A DNA stretch of 64,000 nucleotides from Kofleriaceae bacterium (GTDB lineage Bacteria; Myxococcota_A; Polyangia; Haliangiales; Haliangiaceae). The notes under the pieces were generated by a model, which ran no database searches, had not been told where the DNA came from, and saw nothing but the letters and a program-made list of their open reading frames with translations. Below, one piece after another: positions 1 to 10,217 of this stretch (the first letter of the stretch is position 1; the number at the start of each line of letters is the position of its first letter). Location: contig CBDCCZ010000011.1 in the NCBI GenBank assembly GCA_965215005.1, positions 1-64,000 of the forward strand, given 5' to 3'. The translations under genes and the position numbers were made by a program.

Positions 1-131
1 CGAGCAGCATACGCGTTTAGCAGCGCCTCTTGCGCTACGTCCTCGGCCTGGTCGGGCACCTTGAGGACTCGCAACGCCACCCGATAGACGAGTTGCCACT
101 GCCGAGGACCAAATTCCAGCGTCGACTGCAT
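1..131 (-). CDS. ECF-type RNA polymerase sigma factor, N-terminal part (runs off window edge)
   Basis: Not in the ORF track. Manual translation of the minus strand from ATG at 131 gives MQSTLEFGPRQWQLVYRVALRVLKVPDQAEDVAQEALLNAYAA, which matches the sigma70 region 2 pattern of ECF sigmas (AEDxxQE). An in-frame GTG at 134 is an alternative start. Confidence 0.75.
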   Translation of the reverse strand, partial: MQSTLEFGPRQWQLVYRVALRVLKVPDQAEDVAQEALLNAYAA

Positions 132-143
132 CACCTTGGCGTA

Positions 144-169
144 TACGTGGCACCCCAGAGGTGGTTACG
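144..169 (-). promoter_or_regulatory. Possible ECF-sigma promoter (CGTAAC-N16-CGTA) just upstream of the sigma gene
   Basis: The minus strand reads CGTAAC cacctctggggtgcca CGTA, which resembles the AAC(-35)/CGT(-10) ECF consensus. ECF genes are often autoregulated. Confidence 0.3.
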
Positions 170-341
170 AGCGCGGAGAGCGAGCGTCTCACGAGCGCCT
201 CGGCATGATCGGTCTCTGGCGGTGGACACGCCGGCCGGAGAGCGAGGCACCGCTAACGCATGCTCTTGCCCCAACCTTCTGCCGGTCGCGCCTTGCTCAA
301 TGGGCGTGAGCAATCGAGTAAAATCAGCGATTTATAGAAAA

Positions 342-357
342 TATCCTGATCGACATA
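342..357. promoter_or_regulatory. Candidate TetR operator upstream of OYE-TetR operon
   Basis: Imperfect palindrome TATcctGATCgacATA in an AT-rich island (about 315-395), flanked by the inverted pair AGCGATTTAT / ATAAAATCGCT. Confidence 0.3.
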
Positions 358-401
358 AAAGCTACTGGATAAAATCGCTCGAACGACATAATTTGCCGAC
401 C

Positions 402-1680
402 ATGGACCTGTCGAGACAACCGCAACACTCCCTGGCCGCACCCCTCGAGCTTCCCGGAGGAGCGCAGCTGCCCAATCGACTGGCCAAGGCGGCCATGAGT
501 GAGACACTTGCTAATCCGGCGACCGGAGGACCCACGGAAGAGTTGGTACGACTGTATTCACGATGGGGACGGGGTGGCGCGGGGGCTGCTGATAACCGGC
601 AACGCCGTCGTCGATGCTGCGGGGCGCGTCGAGCCAAGCAATGTCGTCGTTACCGACGAGCGTCATCTCGAAGGGTTGCGACGCTGGGCGGATGCCGCTC
701 AAGGTCACGGAACGCCGGTCTGGGTGCAGCTCAATCACGGCGGTCGGCAGAGCCCGCGACGCATGACGCGGCAACCGGTGGCTCCGTCGGAGCTCGCGAT
801 ACGCGGCTTTGCTGGCGCCTTCGCGCGGCCCCGGGCTCTCACGAGCTCAGAGATCGTGAGGCTGATCGAGCAGTTCGCAACGGCAGCGGCCGTGGTTCAG
901 CAGGCGGGGTTCGCGGGGGTTCAAATTCACGCTGCGCATGGGTATTTGATCAGCCAATTCCTTTCGCCTAGAACCAACCTCCGCGATGACGAGTGGGGCG
1001 GTGACGCGTTGCGCCGGCGCCGCTTCCTCCTCGAGATCGTCAAGGCCACTCGGGCGGCCGTCCACGGTAGTTTCGCAGTCGGAGTGAAGCTCAACTCGGC
1101 GGATTTTCAGCGCGGGGGCTTCACGATTGAGGAGTCGATGGAGGTTGCTCAGGCTTTGGAGGCGGCTGGAATCGATCTACTCGAGATCTCTGGAGGAAAC
1201 TACGAAAGCCCAGCAATGGCCGGCCGCGGCGAGCTGCGCGCGACGATGAGCAACCGCAGCAGCGAGCGAGAGGCGTACTTTCTCGACTATGCGCGACGCA
1301 TTCGCAGCGTGACCAAGCTGCCGTTGATGTTGACCGGCGGCATGCGCACCATCGAGACGATGGCCGCGGCTGTCGACTCAGGAGCCATCGACGTTGTAGG
1401 AATCGCACGACCGATGAGCTACGAGCCCGACCTGCCAAAACGCCTCCTTAGCGGTGATTCCGCCGCAGCAACGCCCATTCGCATTCGCAGCCGCATTCGC
1501 AAGGTGGACGATGCGCTGCAGATTTTCTGGTTTCAGGCGCAAATTCACCGCATGGCGCGCGGCCACGAGCCCGATCCTGCGCTCGGCCGCTGGACCGCTC
1601 TCTGGCGCGGCGCTCGCGGCAGCTTCTTGCCCACGTGTAATCGCAGCCGCGCTGCCTTGCCTGCGGATACGCCTCAGTGA
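402..1680 (+). pseudogene. NADH:flavin oxidoreductase / Old Yellow Enzyme family, frameshifted (+1 G in G5 run at 581-585; possibly a sequencing error)
   Basis: The N-terminus (LPNRLAKAAMSE...LYSRWGRGGAG) is in the frame of ORF 30..971 from ATG 402. It continues as LLITGN...QLNHGGRQ...QIHAAHGYLISQFLSP...RDDEWGG in ORF 499..1680. Confidence 0.85.
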
Positions 1681-2270
1681 CGCAGCAAACGAAAGGCCAG
1701 CGGACCCGGGCGCGACTGCTGGAAGCAGCAGCCAAGCTCTTGCGTCGACACGGCTACTACGGCACCTCGCTCAGCGACATCGTCGCCGCCAGTGGCGCGC
1801 CGCGCGGCTCGGTGTATTTCCACTTTCCCGAGGGCAAGGAAGCCATTGCTGCTGCGGCGCTGGCGCGGTCTGGAGTCGAGTGGCAGGCGCGCCTAGAAGC
1901 CCTAATCGACGCCGCGCCGGAGCCGGCTACTGCGGTGCAAATGGTGTGTGAGGCGCTCTATGAGGCACTTCGCGCCTCGCAGTTCGAGGAAGGCTGTCCG
2001 CTTGCCGCGGCGGCGCTCGAGACGGCATCCAGTAGCAACGTGGTTCGCGGAGTTTGCAATGAGCACTTTGGTAGGTGGATCGACTCCATCGCCGAACGTT
2101 TTGTGAGTGCTGGCATGGTGGCAGAGCGTGCCCACCAGCTGGCGCTATTTACGCTTTCGACGATCGAAGGCGCGCTACTGCTCAGTAAAGTGCGTCGCAA
2201 CCAAGACGCGCTGCGAGCCGCGGGTGCGATGCTATCCGCGATGATCTCTGCCGAGCTCGCGGCAGGGTAG
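1677..2270 (+). CDS. TetR/AcrR family regulator (LmrA/YxaF-like)
   Basis: N-terminal HTH (GYYGTSLSDIVAASGAPRGSVYFHFPEGKE) and GCP motif in the C-domain. GTGA overlap with the upstream gene. Confidence 0.9.
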   Translation: MTQQTKGQRTRARLLEAAAKLLRRHGYYGTSLSDIVAASGAPRGSVYFHFPEGKEAIAAAALARSGVEWQARLEALIDAAPEPATAVQMVCEALYEALRASQFEEGCPLAAAALETASSSNVVRGVCNEHFGRWIDSIAERFVSAGMVAERAHQLALFTLSTIEGALLLSKVRRNQDALRAAGAMLSAMISAELAAG

Positions 2271-2365
2271 CTCTTCTGCGACCGGATCGTTTGGTTGAAT
2301 GCGACGTGCGAGGGACTACAACTCTTACGTGTTGACCCGAGGTTGTCGCAACCACTACACAGCAT

Positions 2366-3583
2366 GTGGTGTGTAGTTTATTTGGACGATCGGGAACGGC
2401 TATCGTGGTTGGCGCGCTGCTGTTGGCACTATCTGCGTGCGACAGCGACCGCCGCAACGGGTACATGCTGGCAGACGACAGCGGGGCGGAGTTTGGCATC
2501 CAGCTAAACCCCCTTGCCGCAAACGGATACGACTGGTGGTGGCACTCGCTCGTGGCTAGAAACCGCCGAACTGGTGAGCAGCAGCCATTCTTTATCGAGT
2601 ACTTCGTTGTCAACCCAGCACTTGGTGGGTCGGAGCCGGTTCTGGGGCAGCTGCCGGCGAATCGAGCGCGCGGCGTGCGGCCATCCTACGCGATGATCAA
2701 GGCGGGAACGTGGGCCGAAGGAGGCTCGCGCGAGATCAATAACTTCTACGGCATCGATGAGTTGGCCGCGGCCATCGATCACATGGATGTTCGCATCGGC
2801 TCCAACATCGCCAGCGATACCCGCCTAGTCGGCTCCGTTACGCTCAGTGGTGAGGCCGCGGCGGCCCACCCTGAATACATGTCTGATGCCGGCTCGATGA
2901 GCTGGGACTTGTCTGTAGAGAAGGAGTTGGCCTATTCCGTCGGCTACGCTGCCTCGGAGCTCTTCCGCGACCTGAACGCATTCCAGATGTACTGGCATGT
3001 GCCGGGAATGAAGACGAAGTTCTCGGGTACGATCGTGCTCGATGGCGAGGTCTTCGACGTCATCGCAGACGAGTCATATGGCTATCAAGACAAGAACTGG
3101 GGCAACGACTTCACGAGTCCGTGGATTTGGCTGAACTGCAACCACTTCACGAGTCGCAACACCGGCGAGGTCCTGCCGCTCACCAGCCTCGATGTCGGCG
3201 GCGGTGAGCCACGCGCCTTCGGCATTCCGTTGGGGCGTAAGGTTCTAATTGCCTTCTTTCACGAAGGAGAGCTCTTCGAATGGAACTTCACCGAGGAGCT
3301 GCAGAAGCAAGATGTTCGGGTGACCGAGACTGAGGATGAGTTGCGCTGGTCCATCGAGGCCGCCGATCTCACTCATCGCATCGTCATCGACTTCGCCAAT
3401 CCCAAGAGCAAGATGCTCCACATTGACTACGAGAATCCGCGCGGCGAGCGCAATCATCGCCGACTCTGGAACGGCGGCCACGCCGCCGGCACCGTAAAGC
3501 TCTACCGCCGGACCTTGTTTGGCTGGAAACTCATCGACATCTTCGACGGCACCTTCGGAGGTGCAGAATATGGCGTGCACTGA
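2366..3583 (+). CDS. Tocopherol cyclase-like protein, probable lipoprotein
   Basis: GYDWWWHS and YGYQDKNWGxxFxSPWIWLNCN motifs resemble the tocopherol cyclase family (GYxEKNWG..F...W.W). Lipobox LALSA-C follows a hydrophobic stretch. Start is uncertain. Confidence 0.65.
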   Translation: MVCSLFGRSGTAIVVGALLLALSACDSDRRNGYMLADDSGAEFGIQLNPLAANGYDWWWHSLVARNRRTGEQQPFFIEYFVVNPALGGSEPVLGQLPANRARGVRPSYAMIKAGTWAEGGSREINNFYGIDELAAAIDHMDVRIGSNIASDTRLVGSVTLSGEAAAAHPEYMSDAGSMSWDLSVEKELAYSVGYAASELFRDLNAFQMYWHVPGMKTKFSGTIVLDGEVFDVIADESYGYQDKNWGNDFTSPWIWLNCNHFTSRNTGEVLPLTSLDVGGGEPRAFGIPLGRKVLIAFFHEGELFEWNFTEELQKQDVRVTETEDELRWSIEAADLTHRIVIDFANPKSKMLHIDYENPRGERNHRRLWNGGHAAGTVKLYRRTLFGWKLIDIFDGTFGGAEYGVH

Positions 3584-3623
3584 GAGCGCGCACGAAGTTG
3601 CCGCGAGTCGCGGTGCATGGGCG

Positions 3624-4688
<1,065 letters not shown>

Positions 4689-4696
4689 GCTCGTCC

Positions 4697-5401
4697 TCAG
4701 CGGTACGTGATCAGCTCCGGCGGCAAGTGATCGATGCGGTTGAATCCGACCAAGGTGAGCTCGGTGTCGCGATAACGCAGCTCGGTGACCGAGGCATTGG
4801 CCAACACCCACGCCAGCCGCAACGTCCGCTCATCGGGCACGGCGAGAGCGAGTCGCACGGCAATGGCAATGGGGCCACCGGAGGTGATGACGGCGACGGA
4901 GCGGCCGCGGCCTTCCGAGGCCATGATCTCATGGAGGGCAGAGGTGACGCGGTCGGTGAATTGATCGAATGACTCGAGGTCGCCAGACGAAAGCTCACCA
5001 CGAGCCCACTTGCCGATGACCCGCTCGAACACCTCCCACAGACGCGCGGCGCCCGACTCTGCGCCGGTGCGCGAGAGCAGGCTCGCGAGCTCGGGATCGT
5101 CACGAGTGAGAATGGGCATCCAGTGCTTGAGAAGCTCGAAGGCTGGATACTCGTCGAGCCCGTCGATGACCTCAGCGGCTGGCGGTGTGGCGCCGGCCTC
5201 GCTCGCTGCGTTCATCAAATGCTGTGTGGTGCCGTCGTGGCGGCGGCGCGGACCGCGGTAAACGGCATCGAGCGCGAGGCGACGCTCGGCCCAGAATCTG
5301 CCGAGGGCACGCGACTGCTTGGCACCGAGCTCCGATAAGACGTCGTAGTCGGCGGCGCCGAAGGATGCTTGACCATGGCGAATCAAATAGAGGGTGCTCA
5401 C
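4697..5401 (-). CDS. Histidine phosphatase (phosphoglycerate mutase-like) family protein
   Basis: [12 protein letters not shown] motif and TSGG motif. Start trimmed to GTG 5401 after an AAGGA RBS. Confidence 0.88.
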   Translation of the reverse strand: MSTLYLIRHGQASFGAADYDVLSELGAKQSRALGRFWAERRLALDAVYRGPRRRHDGTTQHLMNAASEAGATPPAAEVIDGLDEYPAFELLKHWMPILTRDDPELASLLSRTGAESGAARLWEVFERVIGKWARGELSSGDLESFDQFTDRVTSALHEIMASEGRGRSVAVITSGGPIAIAVRLALAVPDERTLRLAWVLANASVTELRYRDTELTLVGFNRIDHLPPELITYR

Positions 5402-5622
5402 GCAATCCTTGCCAGCTCGACGCAACTTCCGAGCCCGCTCAACGATAGCCTTCTGTGCGCCTGTCGTGACTGTGCCCGGAACAGAAAACGCGGGGTGTAG
5501 CTCGCCGAGCCGCCAGCGGCGCAATCCGCACCAAAAGAGCAGCTGTGGTCATCACGGCGGCATTTCTATCTATGTCGAAGCTATCTCGTTTGATACAGTT
5601 CGGTCCGACCTTTCGCTGGGGG

Positions 5623-7671
5623 ATGCTCATGTCGAGGCTTTTTGGGATCGCAATTGCCTATTGCTTGGTGGCGTTAGCGGCTTGCGGGCCGAGCTCTGGC
5701 GGCGAAACGTCGGATGCAGGCGCTGTTCGGCCGAGCTCCGGCGATGAGGACGGCGACACCATCGCCGACCTCGACGAGGGCCGCGACGCCATGGTCGACA
5801 CCGACGCCGACGGCGTGCCTGACTATCTCGACGACGACTCCGATGGGGACGGCATCGGCGATGCGATCGAGGCTGGCGACGAGTTGCTCGACACCGCGCC
5901 GTTCGACTCCGATGGGGATGGCGTTCCCAATTTTCGCGACACCGACTCTGACGACAACGGCCGCTCCGATGCCATCGATGGGCTCGCAGACACCGATGGC
6001 AACGGCCGCGCTGACTTCATCGATCAGGACGATGATGGCGATGGTCTCGATGATGTCACTGAGCTCGGTGATCCGGCGGCGCCTTTGGACTCTGATGGCG
6101 ATGGTGAGCCAGATTTTCGCGACCGCGATTCCGATGGCGACAGCATTCTCGATGCCCATGAGCGTCTCGCCGATCCCGATGCTGACGGCCTGCCGGCCTA
6201 CCGCGATGAAGATTCCGACGGCGACTGCCTGCCGGACTCGGTCGAAGCTGGGGATGATCAGCTCGAGACCAGCCCGATCGACTCCGATGACGACAATCGG
6301 CCCGATTTTCTGGATCGCGATTCCGACGATGACGGCCTCGCCGATGGCACCGAGGATGCCAGCTGCGATGGCCAACTCGACGACGGCGAGACCGATCCGC
6401 GCAGCGCCGACAGCGACGGCGACGGCGTCACCGACCTAATCGAAGATGCCGCCGGCACCGACCCGCGCGACCCCAACGACAATCCCCGCGCGCGAGGGGA
6501 TTTCGTGTTCGTGGTGCCATACCAGGCGGCTCCTGTGCCGCGGCAGGACGATCTGGCGTTCTCGACCGCGCTGCAGATGGTGGACGTGTATTTACTTCTC
6601 GATCGGTCCGAGTCGATGACCGACGAGCTCGCATCCATACGCAACAACATCGGTAGCGTGCTCACCTCGCTTACGTGTCCGCCGCTGGGCAACGGCGATC
6701 CCAGCGACTGCATTCCCGATCTTTGGTCGGGCGTTGGCTCCATCATCTATGCGAATCATCTGCCGTATTCGCATCATCTTGATCTGCAGCCGAACCCGTC
6801 GCTCACCCAGATGAGCACGCCGGCACGAGCTACGACCGCTCGCTGCCCGTGCACCGAAACCACGCTGGCCGCCGCGTGGTCGACGTTCACTGGTGGCGGG
6901 AAGATGGCGCTCGTGCAGCCGCCGAATAGCTGCCAAGGTCTCGAACACTACGACGACCGCACAAGCTGTCAGGGCTCGCCGGCGGGAGCGGGCGGACTCG
7001 GCTATCCGTGCTTTCGGCCGGATGCACTGCCGGTGGTGCTCATCGCTACCGACGAGGCTCCCATTCAAGGTGCCGGCACCTATCACTGCCCGCAGAGCTC
7101 GCGGGTCACGTCCGCCGCCAATCAGCTCGGCGCAAAGATGGTGGGCATCGTGGGATCGGCGGTGGACGACGCGGAGACTCGCGCCGATCTGTCGCTGCTA
7201 GCCACCGAAACCGGCGCGATCGACCGCACGCGCGGCAATGCGCCGCTGGTGTTCGATGGCGCTGGCAGCAACGCCGCCGGCGCTATCGAGGACGGCCTGC
7301 GCACGCTGAGCAACATTCCGCTCGATGTCTCGGCGACGGCGGTGGACGATGCCAGCGACGCCGTCGATGCGGTGACGGCCTTTATCGATCATCTCGAGAC
7401 GCTGCAGCTTGGCACCGCGGCCTGTGCCGATGGGTTGGCTCAAACCGATGCCAACGGCGACGGCTTCGCCGATGTCTATCTCGACGTACTACCGCGTACG
7501 CCGGTGTGCTGGCGGCTGGTAGCCAAGGCCAACACCTCGGTGCCGGCGACCGATGCACCTCAGCTGTTTCGCGCGCGGGTCCGCGTGGAAGGTGACGGAG
7601 CGACGCTTCTCGACACCCGCGAGGTCTTCTTTCTGGTGCCGCCGGCGCCGCTCGATCCGCCCATCGAGTGA
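5623..7671 (+). CDS. Lipoprotein with Asp-rich Ca-binding (thrombospondin type-3-like DxDxDG) repeats and a vWA domain
   Basis: Lipobox LAA-C, many DxDxDGxxD repeats over about 270 aa, MIDAS-like DVYLLLDRSES, VVLIATDE, and paired cysteines. Start is 5623 or 5629. Confidence 0.75.
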   Translation: MLMSRLFGIAIAYCLVALAACGPSSGGETSDAGAVRPSSGDEDGDTIADLDEGRDAMVDTDADGVPDYLDDDSDGDGIGDAIEAGDELLDTAPFDSDGDGVPNFRDTDSDDNGRSDAIDGLADTDGNGRADFIDQDDDGDGLDDVTELGDPAAPLDSDGDGEPDFRDRDSDGDSILDAHERLADPDADGLPAYRDEDSDGDCLPDSVEAGDDQLETSPIDSDDDNRPDFLDRDSDDDGLADGTEDASCDGQLDDGETDPRSADSDGDGVTDLIEDAAGTDPRDPNDNPRARGDFVFVVPYQAAPVPRQDDLAFSTALQMVDVYLLLDRSESMTDELASIRNNIGSVLTSLTCPPLGNGDPSDCIPDLWSGVGSIIYANHLPYSHHLDLQPNPSLTQMSTPARATTARCPCTETTLAAAWSTFTGGGKMALVQPPNSCQGLEHYDDRTSCQGSPAGAGGLGYPCFRPDALPVVLIATDEAPIQGAGTYHCPQSSRVTSAANQLGAKMVGIVGSAVDDAETRADLSLLATETGAIDRTRGNAPLVFDGAGSNAAGAIEDGLRTLSNIPLDVSATAVDDASDAVDAVTAFIDHLETLQLGTAACADGLAQTDANGDGFADVYLDVLPRTPVCWRLVAKANTSVPATDAPQLFRARVRVEGDGATLLDTREVFFLVPPAPLDPPIE

Positions 7672-7714
7672 GCGCTCTCCGTTCGCGCTCGCGGTAAGGT
7701 GCTCGAGGAGCATC

Positions 7715-7897
7715 ATGCGTGAAGAGACCTCCGAAGTGACCTGTCCGTACTGTTTCGAGTGCATCGAGCTTTACGTCGATCCGCAGACCGCGGGCAGCTT
7801 TGTGGAAGACTGCGCGGTGTGTTGCCGTCCTTGGCAGGTGTGGGTGTCGCGCGATGAAGAGGGCCGGCTTCAGCTCGACGTGGAACGGGCGCAATGA
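7715..7897 (+). CDS. CPXCG-motif small cysteine-rich protein
   Basis: VTCPYCFE...VEDCAVCCRP pattern and a GAGGAG RBS before ATG 7715. Confidence 0.85.
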   Translation: MREETSEVTCPYCFECIELYVDPQTAGSFVEDCAVCCRPWQVWVSRDEEGRLQLDVERAQ

Positions 7898-8754
7898 GTC
7901 CTGCGGGCTGGCGGACCGCGCTCTACGTCGAGAACGGAGACGTTGGCGCGGTTGCCGCGGCCATTGCCGCCATCGCGGCTGCCGAAGGACGCGCGGCGGT
8001 GGTGCCCGACGAGCCCACGCCGGCGACGATGCAAGAGCTGCTGCACGGCGGCGCCTCGGCAGCCCGATGGGCGGTGGCGATCATGCCGGGGGCCCCGGGG
8101 TGGTCGGTGGTGCAGTCAGCGCCGCGGGAGCTCTTGGCGTTTGGTCGGCCGCCACGGCTGGCGCTGCTCGCTCGCGCGCTCGGCTGCAGCGCGTTTCAGC
8201 ACAGCGTCTATGACGGCGCGGCTGCGCTTCTGCTCGAGAGCGATGCTCGCGGCCGCGTCGCGGTGAGTGGCGCTCATCCCGAGGAGCCGCAGCGGTTTCG
8301 CGACGCCGCGCCAACGTCGCTGGTGCCGGCGTTTCGCTTCATCGAGCCCGATGCCGCGATCGCAGCGGCTCGCGCACGCGGCGACAGCGCGGTGATCGTG
8401 CGCGTCCCGGCGCTCGCTGCTGAGCTCGAGGCCATTCCGCTCGCGGAACAGGGTGCGCAGACCCGGCGTTGGCTCGAGCGGGTCGGGCAACAGGTCGCGG
8501 AGCACAGCTGGCGCGTCGCCGCGACAGACGTGGTTGCTCGGCTGGTGGAAGACGTGGTTCCACTGCTCGAGCCCGTTGCCGAAGCCGAGGCACTGGCCGC
8601 GGTGTTTGCGGCGGCCAACGCAACGCATGCTGGTGGCCCGCTGGTCGCGGAGTGTCTGGTGTCGCATCGGCCGCAGCCGGTTTGGGCCAGTGAGACCCAC
8701 TACTTCGACCTATTGCTCGACGAGGCGGCAGAAACTCCTGGGACGGCGCATTGA
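7894..8754 (+). CDS. Hypothetical protein
   Basis: 286-aa ORF with an ATGA overlap to the upstream gene and GC3-rich codons. No motif recognised. Confidence 0.65.
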   Translation: MSPAGWRTALYVENGDVGAVAAAIAAIAAAEGRAAVVPDEPTPATMQELLHGGASAARWAVAIMPGAPGWSVVQSAPRELLAFGRPPRLALLARALGCSAFQHSVYDGAAALLLESDARGRVAVSGAHPEEPQRFRDAAPTSLVPAFRFIEPDAAIAAARARGDSAVIVRVPALAAELEAIPLAEQGAQTRRWLERVGQQVAEHSWRVAATDVVARLVEDVVPLLEPVAEAEALAAVFAAANATHAGGPLVAECLVSHRPQPVWASETHYFDLLLDEAAETPGTAH

Positions 8755-8917
8755 GCAGTGCGTGCTTCGTTTCGCACGCCGTTGTTCGGCGTCGGAGCGT
8801 CGGTTCATCCATAACTACTTCCGATGCGACGTTTCGCACTGGTGTGAGAACGGTTGCCACAGTGAGTCATCTCAGCACCCGAAGCTGGTTCGCGCTGCAG
8901 CAACACGCTGCGTCACG

Positions 8918-8933
8918 TGGCACGTGCTTCGCA
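8918..8933 (+). promoter_or_regulatory. sigma54-type promoter
   Basis: TGGCACGTGCTTCGCA is GG-N10-GC with the TGGCACG core, 14 nt before ATG 8947. Confidence 0.5.
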
Positions 8934-8946
8934 CAGTGGGGTCGGC

Positions 8947-9216
8947 ATGAAACTCACCAGTAGCCTAGCATCCGCAGTTCTTGGCCTCGTCCTGGCGCTC
9001 GGCGTCGCTGGGTGTGATGAAGCCGAGCAAGCAGTCGATTGCGCCGACATCTGCATGGAGGCCGACGATTGCCTCGACGACTTCGATAGCACCGAGTGCC
9101 TCGACAGGTGCGAGGACCAGCCGCAGAGCGAGGTCGACGCCTGCGATATGTGTCTCGATGACAGTGAGACCGAGTGCAGCACGTGCGGCGCGTCGTGCGC
9201 TCCCCTGCTGATCTGA
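8947..9216 (+). CDS. Small acidic cysteine-rich lipoprotein
   Basis: Signal MKLTSSLASAVLGLVLALGVAG-C. The mature part is about 65 aa, Asp/Glu-rich, with CxxxC and CxxC spacing. Confidence 0.8.
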   Translation: MKLTSSLASAVLGLVLALGVAGCDEAEQAVDCADICMEADDCLDDFDSTECLDRCEDQPQSEVDACDMCLDDSETECSTCGASCAPLLI

Positions 9217-9248
9217 TCATCCAGTCATCTTCAACAACCCTGAGCGCT

Positions 9249-9290
9249 TCAACGCCCGGTCCCAGGTGGTCCGGGGCGTTGAGCTTCTTT
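9249..9290 (+). terminator. Probable intrinsic terminator
   Basis: TCAACGCCCGG...CCGGGGCGTTGA stem with one bulge, followed by GCTTCTTT. Confidence 0.5.
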
Positions 9291-9598
9291 GCGCTTTGCG
9301 CGATGAGAGCGGGTGCGCTTTGACTCACGCGGCTGTGTCGCGCTCCTACCCGCATCATCAATCGGTTCGACCGCAGCGAGTAGGCCTTCGGCGCCGGTGC
9401 GCAATGTTGGTCCGTGAGCTAGCGCGACGCGCCCGCGCCAACGCGCACACATCGTTGCCGGCCGCGACCAAATCCGCTACAGATCGACGATGCGGAGCTT
9501 TGCCCCAGAGCGGTTGGCCACTTTCGCCTTAAGCCGCGCGTGCCACTGCCGATTGCAGGAGAGACACGTCCGCCGGGCCTCGGCAGGAGGGTGGTGAC

Positions 9599-10212
9599 AT
9601 GGACTACGCCGTATTTGAGTCTCGCGTTCTCGAGCTCCTTTATAAAACCGATTTACGCCTGTACACCCAGCAGGTCGCCTTCCGCGTTGGCTGCACGGTC
9701 GCCGAGACCACGCAGTATCTCGAAGCCATGGCCCGCAACGGCATCTTGGTGATGGAGATCGACGATGACGGCGCGGTGTACTTCGACGTGCCCGGACGTC
9801 CGCCAGCAACGGGCGAGCCGCTGTCGTGGACCACGGACAAGCCGCCGCTCCGGTGTCGGGTTTGCCTGCGCCTTACATGCACTACAACCTTGCGGCGCCG
9901 GTGCGGCCGCGCAAACACGTCGGCTTAGCGGTGCTGTTGGCGTTTTTGTTTGGCCCGTTTGGCCTCATGTACGCCAGCGTGTCGGCGGGTATCTTGATGT
10001 TGCTAGCGACGCTGCTCGTGTTGCCGGTGACCGCGGGGCTCGGCATCTTCTTTACCGCGCCGGCGTGTATGGCCTGGGCCGCCGTGGCGGCTTCTGCTCA
10101 CAATCAGCGCGCCTTGCCGGCTCTGAACCACGCGCAGCCTACGCCGGTGTATCTGCCGGCCGTGCACGTCAACATCGGCGAGCACAAGCCGCTGCCGCCG
10201 AAGGACGAGTAG
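9599..10212 (+). pseudogene. Winged-helix-like N-terminus plus TM2-like membrane hairpin protein, frameshifted near 9831
   Basis: ORF 9599.. (GGAGG RBS; MDYAVFESRVLELLYK...GILVMEIDDDGAVYF) joins ORF 9826..10212 (RKHVGLAVLLAFLFGPFGLMY) if one base is restored in TGGACCACGGA. Confidence 0.65.
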
Positions 10213-10217
10213 CCGCG

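Noticed and set aside
30..401. 5' part of ORF 30..971
   Set aside because: It overlaps the minus-strand sigma gene and the AT-rich promoter region. Recognisable OYE sequence begins only at ATG 402.
5740..6480. Repetitive GAC/GAT-rich DNA with long ORFs in alternative frames (5674..6375 -, 5714..6439 +)
   Set aside because: Explained by the DxDxDG protein repeats. The alternative ORFs are shadows, and this is not a CRISPR or DNA-level repeat array.
9290..9598. 300-nt intergenic gap as a possible ncRNA or small ORF (9266..9532)
   Set aside because: No recognisable RNA family motif, RBS or convincing protein sequence.
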